A stretch of DNA of 64,000 bases from an uncultured Phycisphaerales bacterium (GCA_963718665.1 OY970359.1:1408001-1472000), one strand, 5' to 3'. Positions 10,727 to 20,740 are shown, counted from the first letter of the stretch. Program-made: numbers and translations. The notes: generated by a model from the sequence alone, not told the origin.

Positions 10727-13045
10727 TCATTTGGAATTTCCCGATATTTCGTTTTGTTTTTGCGAGGCAGAAAGCGTGTCAAAAAAGCCGCGATTTTTCA
10801 GGTATTGATACAGGTACGATACCGCCACAAGAGTAATGCCCGTCGCTAAGAACGCCGCGATTCTGTAAACGCTCTTCACGGTGCTCATATCCATTATGAA
10901 CACTTTTACCAGCAAAATTGCGAATAAGCCAAGCGCGGCAAACCGAAGCGTCTTGATATGTCTCCAGAAACCGACAATCATTAGCGCTATCCCATAGACG
11001 GCCCAGGCGATGGACGTGTACATATTGGCGAGGAACTGCCAGTTTGGTGTCGCTGTGCCGTAGCGGTCCAGGCAATACCAATAGAAATAAATCTCTTCAC
11101 TTATCAGGACCCATAGGGCGAATATGCCTGCGAGCGCAAAAATTATCGCGAACGTTATCGCGTTTTCATCTTCCTCAGCCCGCTGCTTAATCAAAATTGC
11201 CGAGGCGAGCAGTACCGCGACCAGAACCATCGCTGCGGCAAATTCAACGTTGGCGAAAATCAGGAAACGTTTGTCGTAGATTTGATTAAATACAATCATC
11301 GTGAAAATCGCTGCCCCGACGGCGAATACCGCTGCCAGACCACGCAAGGGCGTTCCCTTCGGGCATACGGGCCGCAGGGTCAACAGAACTATAAACGCCG
11401 ACAAAATCAGTATGACACCTTTTATGAAAAGCGATTCCTGCAAAATCGGCGTGGCCGTAAAGTTGAACATACAGTGCCAGTACCACTCCATCATGACCGT
11501 GGCGAAAAACAGCAGGCAGGCCGCACCATAAAAAAACTGCGGGACCTCTGAATATTTTTCGAGTTGCGAGTATCTCCTGTAAATAATGTGACAAACGAAA
11601 ATCGCCGCAGCCAAGAAACACCAGCTCCCGAAAGCCGGATTAAATATCGCCTGGAACGCCGCCTTGTGCATAGGCAGTTGCAAAATGAGCTGAACCAGGC
11701 TCAGTAGTAAAGCGATTACGCCCGCCAGTTGCGTCCAGATACTTTTGTATCGCAGGCCGATGATTGTCAGGACCACGCCCTCGGCTGCCCAGGCGATTGC
11801 CACTGCGTACATCTTCAGATACAACGGCACCGCAATCGTCAGGAAGAATAATCCGATAACCAGCAGCGATAACCGTAGCGCGATATCATCTTTGCATCGC
11901 TTCGTCGCGACCGTCATCAGCGCCAGATGCGCCACACATAACCCGACCGCGCAAAAGGCAAGCTCAACGCGGAATTTATCGAAGAGTATATTACAAAGAT
12001 AATAGAACGTCGCCCCCGCGTTGGCCAGGACAAGAACCACGTCTTCCCTCTGGGCGTTTATTTTTTTAACTAATGCGTACAGGACCGGCATAATAAGATA
12101 AACCGCGAAAAATACCGCCAGCCAGCCCAGTGCGATACCTATCTGCGCTGGCGTGTCGGTTCCGTTCATAGTGTGCCGGTAAAATTTCTCGAACCAGCCG
12201 GTGTAAAGAAGATATGTCCCTGCGAATGACAGCACGATTATCGCACGCCACTTTCGGTAAAACGCGCACAGGATTGCGCCTACGCTCAGCACAAGCACGT
12301 AGCCGAAAAGCGCCATCGGCCTGTTTCCCCCGGTCGAGACAAGCACCGGCGTTAGGAATCCGCCGAGTAGCGAGAAGAACGCGATAATAACCTCATCGAG
12401 CGCGACCGCATAAAACATCGCCGTTGCGGTGATAAATATCGCAAGGGCAAAAGCCGGCCCCGACCCGATAAGCTCGTAAAACCGGTACGCGGAAAAAACA
12501 GCCGCATAAAGGATTGCAAAGCCAAGCGCGGTAACGCCTTTTGCGACAATCCCGTATCCGCGACGCCGGGTTCCCTCGCCGACAATCAGCGCAACAATTC
12601 CTGCTGCCGCCGTAATAACCACTCTGCCCAAAGGCCCAATCAGGTCATTGTCGTAGGCATACTTGAGGAAGAACCCCACGCCGACAATCGAGGTGATGAT
12701 ACCTGCTATGAGTATCCAGCGTGTTCCAATTTTCTGCTCAAGCGAGCCGGCCTGCTTGGTGGCCGCGGTGTCGGCAAAGCTGATTGGCTTGGCATCCATG
12801 GGGACACTCGCTGGCTTGAAGACCGGCTGCTCCTTAATAACTTCCGACGGCTTTTCGGGCTTCGGTGGTGATATCGGTATTTGAATTTCCGGCTTTTGCC
12901 AAGGCAAGGTATCTTTCCTGTTCAACAGGTCTCGTAACCCCTTTATTTTATTTAGAGCGACTATGCTGATTATCAAGGCGACAGGTCCGCTCACGGCGAT
13001 AACGATGGCTAACAGAATTGCCAAACGAGTTATTTGTTCGTCCAT
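10727..13045 (-). CDS. DUF2339-type polytopic membrane protein
   Basis: LEQKIGTRW..AGI...VGVGFFLKYA, GGFLTPVLVSTG, and C-terminal KVFIMDM...YRIAAF...SYLYQ. Confidence 0.78.
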   Translation of the reverse strand: MDEQITRLAILLAIVIAVSGPVALIISIVALNKIKGLRDLLNRKDTLPWQKPEIQIPISPPKPEKPSEVIKEQPVFKPASVPMDAKPISFADTAATKQAGSLEQKIGTRWILIAGIITSIVGVGFFLKYAYDNDLIGPLGRVVITAAAGIVALIVGEGTRRRGYGIVAKGVTALGFAILYAAVFSAYRFYELIGSGPAFALAIFITATAMFYAVALDEVIIAFFSLLGGFLTPVLVSTGGNRPMALFGYVLVLSVGAILCAFYRKWRAIIVLSFAGTYLLYTGWFEKFYRHTMNGTDTPAQIGIALGWLAVFFAVYLIMPVLYALVKKINAQREDVVLVLANAGATFYYLCNILFDKFRVELAFCAVGLCVAHLALMTVATKRCKDDIALRLSLLVIGLFFLTIAVPLYLKMYAVAIAWAAEGVVLTIIGLRYKSIWTQLAGVIALLLSLVQLILQLPMHKAAFQAIFNPAFGSWCFLAAAIFVCHIIYRRYSQLEKYSEVPQFFYGAACLLFFATVMMEWYWHCMFNFTATPILQESLFIKGVILILSAFIVLLTLRPVCPKGTPLRGLAAVFAVGAAIFTMIVFNQIYDKRFLIFANVEFAAAMVLVAVLLASAILIKQRAEEDENAITFAIIFALAGIFALWVLISEEIYFYWYCLDRYGTATPNWQFLANMYTSIAWAVYGIALMIVGFWRHIKTLRFAALGLFAILLVKVFIMDMSTVKSVYRIAAFLATGITLVAVSYLYQYLKNRGFFDTLSASQKQNEISGNSK

Positions 13046-13179
13046 ACTCTTCTCTCCTTAACAGATAAACGAGTTACCTTCCTTAATTCATCAATAGAAT
13101 ATAATAGTCATTGTGGTCTATCAATGTTTTTTACAACATACTAAATATCCACGTCAGTCGCGAGAGTCCGTTTTCTTTT

Positions 13180-14484
13180 TTATAGAACCACCCTATCAGG
13201 CCATGGGATTTGCTTTGAAGTTCCCCATAGTTTACTTACGTAATTTATTGAGAATAAATCTTCAAAAGCGTGTAACCAGTATGCTCCCCTATCCGTAAGG
13301 ACCGCCTGTTCTCCATTATTGTGTGCGAATCCGGAGAAAGATAACAGTTTCATATAGTTGCCATACACGTTATTAAACTCTTTTTGAAATCTGCTCACGA
13401 AATCGCTTTTATTGAATCTTGTTTCATAAAGCCGCCAATAAAGCCAGCCTGCCATTTGCATTGTTTCGGTCAGCTCGAGAGAAAGAGAGATTGGCATCCT
13501 TCCTTTTTCGAGGGCGTTACAGTACTCAGCAACGTTGAAGGTATTGAGATAAAAAACATCTTTCAAATAAGAGCCGCCGCTCGCGCCAAGCCCGACATAA
13601 AGAGGCACTGTTACAGAACAATATCGGGGGACTCCTTTTTTAGTGAACGCCCATACGGAGGTTCGTTCATATCCGTTGGCATAAAATATATCTTCAAGAA
13701 TGCCAAGCATTTTTCTTCTCCGGAAGAGATGAGAGGCGGTAAAGTTGTTAACTCTGCCGTCTCCGCCCATTTTGGTGTATGGGAACCTGAAAAGAGGATA
13801 AGCCGCAACCTGGTCAACGCCCATTTTAACCAGAGTTTCTCCCGCCTCCCTAATCTCGCTCAATGTCTGGCCCGGCAACGCGAACATTAAATCAACATTG
13901 ACGCATTCAAAGCCCATATTCACGGCGCGTTCAACTGCTGCTTTTGCCTGTTCTACGGTATATGGTCTTTTAAGTGTCTTTAAATGCTTTTCCTGCAGGG
14001 CCTCAACGCCTGTGCTAAGGTGTCTAACGCCCATAGCGGTAATCTCATTGAGATTTTCCGTTGTCAAATGATTCGGATGGCTTTCCATATGAATATCACA
14101 TTGCATGTTGAAAATTGAAAAGATGTGCTCGAGCACATCTGCAAGGCCGGTATAAAGCATTGTTGTGGGAGTGCCCCCGCCAATATAAAAAGAAGTAATA
14201 GGTCTATCGCCAATCACTGCGGAATAGAGGTCCATTTCTCTTTTGACGGCGGTTGCGTATCTTTCTGCTGCCTCGGGGGTGTAAATTTCTTTGTTATAAG
14301 GACAGTATGGACATATCTGCTCGCAAAAGGGAATATGGAGATAAAACCCCAATTCTTCGATATCCTGGAACTTTAACGCCAGTTCTTCGACAGAAGGAAT
14401 CCTGTCTTCAAGAACGAAAGTTTTTTCTTTCGTCAGCAATTTTTTAAGACCTGTCCGAACAAAATCTTCCAGCATCTTAAACAT
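13180..14484 (-). CDS. HemN/HemW-like (class C) radical SAM protein
   Basis: YLHIPFCEQICPYCPY (CxxxCxxC), YIGGGTPT, NVDLMFALPGQT; start set at ATG 14484, which follows AGGAG. Confidence 0.85.
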   Translation of the reverse strand: MFKMLEDFVRTGLKKLLTKEKTFVLEDRIPSVEELALKFQDIEELGFYLHIPFCEQICPYCPYNKEIYTPEAAERYATAVKREMDLYSAVIGDRPITSFYIGGGTPTTMLYTGLADVLEHIFSIFNMQCDIHMESHPNHLTTENLNEITAMGVRHLSTGVEALQEKHLKTLKRPYTVEQAKAAVERAVNMGFECVNVDLMFALPGQTLSEIREAGETLVKMGVDQVAAYPLFRFPYTKMGGDGRVNNFTASHLFRRRKMLGILEDIFYANGYERTSVWAFTKKGVPRYCSVTVPLYVGLGASGGSYLKDVFYLNTFNVAEYCNALEKGRMPISLSLELTETMQMAGWLYWRLYETRFNKSDFVSRFQKEFNNVYGNYMKLLSFSGFAHNNGEQAVLTDRGAYWLHAFEDLFSINYVSKLWGTSKQIPWPDRVVL

Positions 14485-14592
14485 TTTTGATAAGCGTTCT
14501 CCTTTCCGACAATATAAAATTGTCTGTCTCAACGGCCCTTTATGCACAATAGCCGAGTCCTGTCCCTGCGCAAACAGGCCGAATCGGCGGCT

Positions 14593-14898
14593 TTACAGTA
14601 GCCCAGCCGGTTCTTCCACGCCCGCTTTCAACGCTTGGCGTATATCGATGACAGGATGCAGCTTGAATTCGACTGTATCACCGAAGACGGCCTGAATCGA
14701 CAACAAGCTGGCAAGTTGGTTGTGGTTATCGATTTCAAGCAGCAAACATCCCACCATCGCAGATGGGTCGACAAATTCGTGGACGACTTTGACCAATTTG
14801 CGGAATGCTTCAGAGTACTTATTCTGCCATTCCTGTCGCATGCGAAGGGCCTCTGCGCCTTTGCCCGGATACGCTCTGTAATACAACATAAACAACAT
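14593..14898 (-). CDS. Small hypothetical protein (possible DUF3303/GYD-like alpha-beta barrel)
   Basis: Strong RBS (AAGGAG); MLFM start and FKLHPVI end resemble this family; weak call. Confidence 0.5.
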   Translation of the reverse strand: MLFMLYYRAYPGKGAEALRMRQEWQNKYSEAFRKLVKVVHEFVDPSAMVGCLLLEIDNHNQLASLLSIQAVFGDTVEFKLHPVIDIRQALKAGVEEPAGLL

Positions 14899-14940
14899 TG
14901 TTAAACTCCTTTCTTATTCTGTTCTACAAATCAGTATCTT

Positions 14941-16032
14941 TCACTGTATAGGCCTGAAAAGATATCTATGGCTGTGTGGAATTTCATCGATAGCAATAAA
15001 AAGGTCAGGATTTGGAGTGCCGGTCGCCATTGAGAAATAAGGGTCCAGCTCCCTGGCTTTTTTCAGGATTTCATCCGCCTGCTCTTTGTGCCCCGAATGG
15101 GACTTGTACTTATATTGCACGCCGAGTGCGTACGCCCGCATCGGCAGGACAGGATTAGAGTCCAGATACCTCGTCACAGCGGCATCACCTGCTGTTATTG
15201 CCTTTTGACGCAATTCGGAATTATCTCCTGCTCCCATCGCGGCCCATGTGTGATATATGCTGAGGTCCATAAACAGGAAGGATTTTTCGGGGGCGATTTT
15301 TATCGCTTTCTCAAAACACAAAACAGCGTCATTAACATCGTCCATCCCTAAATATGCCTTTCCCATCTCTTCGAGCACGTCGGTATTCCCTTCGTGATTC
15401 TTCAGGACTTTTCGCCAGTAATCGACCCTGTTGGTCTCTTCTGGCAGGAGTATCCACCTGGCTTTGGCGCCAAATACCTCGTCCATTCCTTCCAGTTTTT
15501 TTGCATATTGCTCCGCCTTTGATTTGTCGCCGCCCTTGTCTGCGGGAAGTGTTCCATAAATCTCAACAAGGTAGAGCATCGCCTGACGATAATCCGGTTT
15601 GAGTTTCAGTGCTGTCTCGAAAGCTCCGCATAACCGCGCGGCATTTTCTTTTGTTGGGGACATATAATACTGAAACAAAGCGATGTGTCCCTCAAAGAAA
15701 GGGTATATCACGTTATTCGGGTCACTTTCTATTGCCTTTTCAATTGATTGCCGGGCCTCTGTGATTCTATCCTCTCCTTGTTGCGGGTGCAGCACCATAT
15801 AAAACCTGGTTCTCGCAAGCTCATAATGTGCAGCCGCATTATGCGGATTTTCCTGGATGGCTTGCTCAAGAATCGCTTTTGCATCCTCAACCTTCCCCTG
15901 CATTCTTAACTTGTATGCATCCGCAGCAACATTTCTGGAGTTTGTTTCTCCTTTCGCGGTCCCGGCCAGGACACACAAACCAAGCATTACAACAACACAC
16001 AATCCAGCTAATACAGTTTTTTTCGCAACCAT
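14941..16032 (-). CDS. Exported TPR-repeat protein
   Basis: Signal peptide MVAKKTVLAGLCVVVMLG...; TPR motifs (NAAAHYELAR, FEKAIKIAPE); RBS AAGGAG. Confidence 0.75.
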   Translation of the reverse strand: MVAKKTVLAGLCVVVMLGLCVLAGTAKGETNSRNVAADAYKLRMQGKVEDAKAILEQAIQENPHNAAAHYELARTRFYMVLHPQQGEDRITEARQSIEKAIESDPNNVIYPFFEGHIALFQYYMSPTKENAARLCGAFETALKLKPDYRQAMLYLVEIYGTLPADKGGDKSKAEQYAKKLEGMDEVFGAKARWILLPEETNRVDYWRKVLKNHEGNTDVLEEMGKAYLGMDDVNDAVLCFEKAIKIAPEKSFLFMDLSIYHTWAAMGAGDNSELRQKAITAGDAAVTRYLDSNPVLPMRAYALGVQYKYKSHSGHKEQADEILKKARELDPYFSMATGTPNPDLFIAIDEIPHSHRYLFRPIQ

Positions 16033-16125
16033 TTTTGTTCTCCTTTCCAAGTTACTTACTACAAGTATGGTCCATGTATTTATTAACTGTTAGCACAAAA
16101 CAATTGGGCTAACAGTCGATTATTT

Positions 16126-16776
16126 CTAAGTTGCAGTATCGAGCATTTGCTGTGTCGGTTGCCGCAACAGCCAAATCAATGTGACTCCCGTTACTATCCC
16201 GAGGAGTCCCGAAGACGCTATTTCACCCACCACCTGTAGACGCACCCCCAGGATTTTACTTACAATTCCAAATCCAATCACGACTAAGCCCCAGCCGGCC
16301 GCACTTGCAGGCATCCACCATCCTGACCGACGTACCTGGTGCCGTAATATACGCTGTTGAAGCAGACCCGTTAGTGTTCCGCCCAAAATGAAAAATAATG
16401 TCCACACCTGAGCGCCGAGCGGACCCAGGTCATCGGGGTATCCGTAGACATGACACACGACTCCGTGGATGCTTGAGGAAATAGTGAATCCTATTATACT
16501 TGCCAGCACCCAAAAACCAGCCCGCTGGACGACACGCCGTAGTGCAAGCCACTGCATTAAGCTCACCACGGCGACTACGACGATAAATGCCGCGGCATTA
16601 TCCAGCCCTAATTTGAGTAAGATGGAGCCCTCGTGGACGCCGATAATCCATCCTGCAACTGCCACTAAGACAAAGCCCAGGGGAAAGCCAATGGTCCATC
16701 CTGCAACTGTCAGCAAAACCCACCGTATTCCAAAACGCCATCCAATCTGTCCGCCATCTGTTTTTATCACAGCCAT
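16126..16776 (-). CDS. Hypothetical integral membrane protein with repeated Q(W/Q)xxLR...W helical units
   Basis: About 6 TM segments; internal repeats QWLALRR..GFWVLAS and QQRILRH..GWWMPAS. Confidence 0.7.
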   Translation of the reverse strand: MAVIKTDGGQIGWRFGIRWVLLTVAGWTIGFPLGFVLVAVAGWIIGVHEGSILLKLGLDNAAAFIVVVAVVSLMQWLALRRVVQRAGFWVLASIIGFTISSSIHGVVCHVYGYPDDLGPLGAQVWTLFFILGGTLTGLLQQRILRHQVRRSGWWMPASAAGWGLVVIGFGIVSKILGVRLQVVGEIASSGLLGIVTGVTLIWLLRQPTQQMLDTAT

Positions 16777-16812
16777 TTTTGTTCTCTTTTCCAAGTTAAT
16801 TGTCATATACAC

Positions 16813-16828
16813 AGTTAATATATTAACT
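16813..16828. promoter_or_regulatory. Putative MarR operator (second copy)
   Basis: Perfect palindrome AGTTAATATATTAACT, differing by one base from the site overlapping the marR promoter. Confidence 0.65.
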
Positions 16829-16872
16829 ATTGTCCCGAAACAATCGGGCAACAGCCCTTTACGCTTGAAATT

Positions 16873-17345
16873 TTAAACCCCGATAGTTTTCCGCACCTTT
16901 TCCAGTATTGTCGTCAGCTTTCGTGTGTCTGCGGCATCCAGCGGAGACATCGCTTTTTTTACCTGTTCGAGGTAATGCGGCTCAACCTTTGTGTAGAGGT
17001 TTTTTCCCTTGCTGGTCAGCTTAATGATATTGTATCTGCGGTCTTTTGCGTGAGCGGTGCGGGTTACGAGTTCCGCCTTTTCCATCCGGTCCACAAGCGA
17101 AGTGATATTGGCGCGGTTGACTAACATCATATCGCTGATTTGCGCCTGGCTCAAACCGCCTTCCTTGCCACTCTCATAATAAAGCAGGTTCAGCAGGTTA
17201 AATTGCACATCCGTCAGCCCGAATTGGCCGAAGAAGTCGTCCGCCCGCTTTTTCATTATCGAAGCGGTGTAGTATATGCTCAAAAGCGCTCATGTGCCGG
17301 CGAGGCGAAATCCGTTTTTAATCCGAGTTCTTCTTTCAAAGCCAT
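16873..17345 (-). CDS. MarR-family transcriptional regulator; apparent 1-nt frameshift near 17286-17290
   Basis: GLTDVQFNLL...LSQ..ISD...NRANITSLVDRME...DRR. Adding one G gives MALKEELGLKTDFASPAHE-ALLSIYYT from ATG 17345, which has an RBS. Confidence 0.88.
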
Positions 17346-17368
17346 ATCAATTTCCTTATCGGTATATA

Positions 17369-17411
17369 ATAGTTTATATATTAACTATACACACACAAAC
17401 TAATCTGTCAA
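17369..17411 (-). promoter_or_regulatory. marR promoter with overlapping operator palindrome
   Basis: Minus-strand TTGACA (17411-17406) and TATAGT (17389-17384) overlap ATAGTTTATATATTAACTAT (17369-17388). Confidence 0.65.
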
Positions 17412-17809
17412 GCGCTTTTTTAAGAAATTTTAAAAAAATTTTTCGACTGGGATCCCCGTGCCATAAAAAAAACTCATCCGATGCTAAGTTTATGGGAAAC
17501 CTGACCTTAAAGCAGCTTATTTTGCTGAAATTGGTCGTTTAGCGATATAATTCCTATGTTGGGAGCGTCTTGGTGTGCTTTTGAAGTCATACAGGAAGGC
17601 GGCCTGATGGGTGGGATGAATATTTTTACAGTACGAGGTCGGGCTTCGATTCCCCGACCCTGACAATAAAAGGTGTTCGGACCCTTACAGGAAATTGAGG
17701 ATTTAGAAGGGCGGTTAGCGGCGATAGAGCAAAAGCTTGGTGAGCAGAATAAGAAAAGTGCATCTTGTTAAATTGTTCCTTTGTTGTTGAAGACATGTAT
17801 TCGCGGCAG

Positions 17810-18481
17810 CTAAAGTAGGCCCTGTTCCTTATAACGCCGTTTCACGTCAGGAAAATGCTTTGCAATTGCGTGTTCTGCTAGATTACGGATTGGTCCTCCG
17901 TATATCATCCCATGTTCCAAATGGTTGCACAAGTACTCAAGTTGAAAATACCGACATACGGCATGTCCGACGTCAGTATATGCGTTGGCGCATATCTCTC
18001 TCACAAATATTCCCCGACAGGACAAGTCATCAATAAGCTGAAAGATACTTTTGAATAATAGCTGGACGCTTCGCAGTTTCCTGAACGAAGGATGCATACA
18101 TATCTGTGAAAAGTAAATATCATAAAAGCCGGGAGGACCAAAAAATTGAACTTTGTCAATAGTAATCTGGCTGTCGAGTAATCTGCCGCGTTTGGCAACA
18201 GCATAATCTTCAGGAAGCAACGGAGCAAAATGCCAGTAACCCACAATGCTCCGCGGTTTGTTAACTAACAAACGCCAAGTGTCAGGTTGGTTCATGAAAA
18301 CTGGCGCCCATTGAGCTATATCACCTTCGTGTTTAAGAACCAAACCCGGAATCGTCATGTAGTCGAGTCGGATAAGTTCGTCCACCAGCATTCGGCCATT
18401 CCATCCCCACGATAGGACATCCTGAACCCCGGCAACGGTAATACCAAGTGCACCCATAGTTTTATTAATATTTCCCTTCAA
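17810..18481 (-). CDS. Hypothetical protein with GNAT-like C-terminal fold, possibly 5'-truncated
   Basis: IVGYWHF, YFSQICMHPSFRK and ICANAYT..G pattern of GNAT motifs; AT-rich; poor start context. Confidence 0.5.
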   Translation of the reverse strand: MKGNINKTMGALGITVAGVQDVLSWGWNGRMLVDELIRLDYMTIPGLVLKHEGDIAQWAPVFMNQPDTWRLLVNKPRSIVGYWHFAPLLPEDYAVAKRGRLLDSQITIDKVQFFGPPGFYDIYFSQICMHPSFRKLRSVQLLFKSIFQLIDDLSCRGIFVREICANAYTDVGHAVCRYFQLEYLCNHLEHGMIYGGPIRNLAEHAIAKHFPDVKRRYKEQGLL

Positions 18482-18761
18482 TTCAACAAGCCCTATAATA
18501 CGAATTTTATAGTGCTTTGTTTATAGTTTTTTGCATAGTTTTTTCATCCATGGTTATATTTTAGACGGCAGAGTTTGTTGTGGCAGAGCCAATTAACGAT
18601 AGATACTTTAATATATAATGATACAATAAACGGGGGAAGGTCACAAGACCTATAAAAAAATATCAGATTCTTCCAATTCAAAGAAAGTTTTGCTGTTACA
18701 ATGGAGTTGAAAGTCGAAAAAGCATTAAGTCGGAAATATCGGATCAAATAGGAAATGTCTG

Positions 18762-19232
18762 ATGGAGCATCTCCCACAAGCCGGTAAGAACATCGCGAAG
18801 TTTCCACGTATGGTTTGGTTGATTCTAACCATTACCATCGTGGTGGAGACGGTGGCGCAAATGGTGTGGAAATCTGTTGTCCTTGGCGTGCCGGAGTCAG
18901 CCGGTTTCATGGAAACGGTGCGGACAGTGACGGTTCAACCGATATTCTACTTCCTGTTGAGCATTTTTGGAGTCCAATTCATTTTCTGGATTCTTCTGCT
19001 TGCCAAGGCGGACCTCAGCTACGCCCGACCGATCACCGCCTTGAGTTTGGTCTCGGTGGTTGCCTGCTCAGTTATGTTCTTCGGTGAGAAGGTTGGCGTG
19101 ATGCGGATGGTAGGCATTGTCATGATCCTGGTTGGGGTCTGGTTCATCAGCAGCACCGATCATAACACGAGGGCTCCTCATATGCCCTCGCCTCGCGCAA
19201 TGCCAGGCCAACCATCGGAAACCATGCTATGA
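18762..19232 (+). CDS. SMR/EamA-like small transporter subunit (ArnE/ArnF-like)
   Basis: Four TM segments, ETVAQMVWK, ADLSYARP, FGEKV...GIVMILVG. Confidence 0.75.
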   Translation: MEHLPQAGKNIAKFPRMVWLILTITIVVETVAQMVWKSVVLGVPESAGFMETVRTVTVQPIFYFLLSIFGVQFIFWILLLAKADLSYARPITALSLVSVVACSVMFFGEKVGVMRMVGIVMILVGVWFISSTDHNTRAPHMPSPRAMPGQPSETML

Positions 19233-19597
19233 TAGAACGCCTGCCTGGACTGCTGTTGGTTCTGGGATCGGTCATCACCGAGGGGCTGGGCCATGTTGCA
19301 TTCAAGCAATCGGTGGATTTTGGCCGTTACAACCACACGACCTTTGCGGTACTGCGACTGGCCCTGAAACGATACAAATTGGTCAGTTTGGGCGTGGCGT
19401 GTTTCGTGGTGGCGGGGTTTTGCTGGACATTCGCGTTGAGAACATTGGATGTCAGCATGGCCTACCTCATCAGTAGTTTGGAACTAGTAATTATAATGGT
19501 ATTCTGCCGGCTGCTGTTGAAGGAGCAGATTGGGCTGCGGCGATGGGTGGGCGTTGTGCTGATTGTCGGCGGCACAATACTGGTCGGATTAAGCTAA
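19229..19597 (+). CDS. SMR/EamA-like small transporter subunit (ArnE/ArnF-like)
   Basis: ATGA overlap with the upstream paralogue; LDVSMAY, LLKEQIGLRRWVGV. Confidence 0.75.
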   Translation: MIERLPGLLLVLGSVITEGLGHVAFKQSVDFGRYNHTTFAVLRLALKRYKLVSLGVACFVVAGFCWTFALRTLDVSMAYLISSLELVIIMVFCRLLLKEQIGLRRWVGVVLIVGGTILVGLS

Positions 19598-19683
19598 TCC
19601 ATGATAGAGATTGACCCTTGTCCGTCGAATAAACAGATTTTTGAAATAGTGTGCGTAACCGACAAATGCGTGTGTGTAAAATG

Positions 19684-19710
19684 AAAACGGGGCGCAGTGC
19701 ACCCCGTTTT
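19684..19710. terminator. Probable bidirectional terminator between convergent genes
   Basis: AAAACGGGG-cgcagtgca-CCCCGTTTT. Confidence 0.6.
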
Positions 19711-19762
19711 GATGTGCTCACCATCGAGCAATGCTCGATTACCAGTTTAAGTGTCGTAATTC

Positions 19763-19981
19763 TTAGCTTCTTATCTTCAGGCAGTCGGCTCTGAAGCAGC
19801 AATCCGTCCACTGGCATGTTCCGTTTGTTGTGCCATAGCAGGCGGTGTTGCCTTCCGCGCTCTGAATGGCGCGAATAAGTTCCGTTTTCTTCATAACGCC
19901 GGGCGTAATGCCAAGATTCTTGGCCTTATCCTTTATCTCACCCATTGTCATTACTCTTTCAGCTACTTTTACCGGAGTCAT
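19763..19981 (-). CDS. Small SAP/Rho-N-like helix-extension-helix protein with a Cys-rich tail
   Basis: IKDKAKNLGI...KKTELIRAIQSAEGN..CY.....C....CCFR.DC. Confidence 0.72.
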   Translation of the reverse strand: MTPVKVAERVMTMGEIKDKAKNLGITPGVMKKTELIRAIQSAEGNTACYGTTNGTCQWTDCCFRADCLKIRS

Positions 19982-20305
19982 GTGTTTCTCCTATTAACTG
20001 TGTGGTTGTTTGAATTTAATTTATACTTACGGGGTCCCTGTCCGGTCCCATTTTGCGTAAGTCACGTTCACATACACTATTATTTCGGCAGTTTTGTCCG
20101 CTTGCATCACCGACTTTGCGACAAATAACAAATTGGCTGAAAAACCGCCAAAACGTGCCGGTACACTGGGAATTTTTCGGACGTTAGGCGAGATTAGGAC
20201 GACCGCCGCATTCTGCCCTCGACTTAGCCGGAAAAAGCTACGCTTATTTGGTCCGGGAAAAACGCCCCTCCCAGTAAAACGCCTGTGTGCGCAATCCACA
20301 AACAT

Positions 20306-20334
20306 TTGACCCCGCGGCAAATCTGTGATATGCT
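20306..20334 (+). promoter_or_regulatory. Putative sigma70 promoter of the thi operon
   Basis: TTGACC, 17-nt spacer, TATGCT, immediately upstream of the riboswitch. Confidence 0.6.
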
Positions 20335-20351
20335 CATTTTGTTAAATATAT

Positions 20352-20452
20352 AGCCAGGGGAGCCGGGGCGAAATTTGGCCTGTGGCTGAGAAATCCCGAA
20401 TTGTCGGGGTGACCCTATGAACCTGCTCAGGTTAAGACCTGCGAAGGGAGGC
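20352..20452 (+). ncRNA. TPP (THI-box) riboswitch aptamer
   Basis: Conserved blocks GGGGAGCC...GGCTGAGA...GACCC..GAACCTG..CAGGTTAAGACCTGCGAAGGGA upstream of thiS. Confidence 0.93.
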
Positions 20453-20469
20453 GAATCAATATGATTTTG

Positions 20470-20498
20470 AAACGCTCCTTTTGCGGGAGCGTTTTTTT
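20470..20498 (+). terminator. Riboswitch expression-platform intrinsic terminator
   Basis: AAACGCTCC-ttttgcg-GGAGCGTTT followed by a T run. Confidence 0.85.
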
Positions 20499-20527
20499 GT
20501 TTGTGGCCTCGGTTCCGAGGATTATGT

Positions 20528-20740
20528 ATGGGTTTATTAAAAATAAACGGCAAAGAGCAAATATTTCCTGACAACAAAATGCCCGCAACGATAGCGGATT
20601 TGCTTTCGATTCTTGGCGTCGATTCCACAACCGTCGTCGCCGAGCTTGAAGGCCAAATCATCGAACGCAAAAACTTCTCGACTACGCCGTTGCACGCAGG
20701 GCAAACAATCGAACTCGTCAGATTCGTCCCGGGGGGTTAA
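20528..20740 (+). CDS. thiS: Sulfur carrier protein ThiS
   Basis: LKINGK start, C-terminal [10 protein letters not shown]. Confidence 0.92.
   Translation: MGLLKINGKEQIFPDNKMPATIADLLSILGVDSTTVVAELEGQIIERKNFSTTPLHAGQTIELVRFVPGG

Noticed and set aside
17580..17670. Intact tRNA gene
   Set aside because: Only a degenerate T-arm/acceptor-like 3' piece; no D-arm or pairing 5' strand
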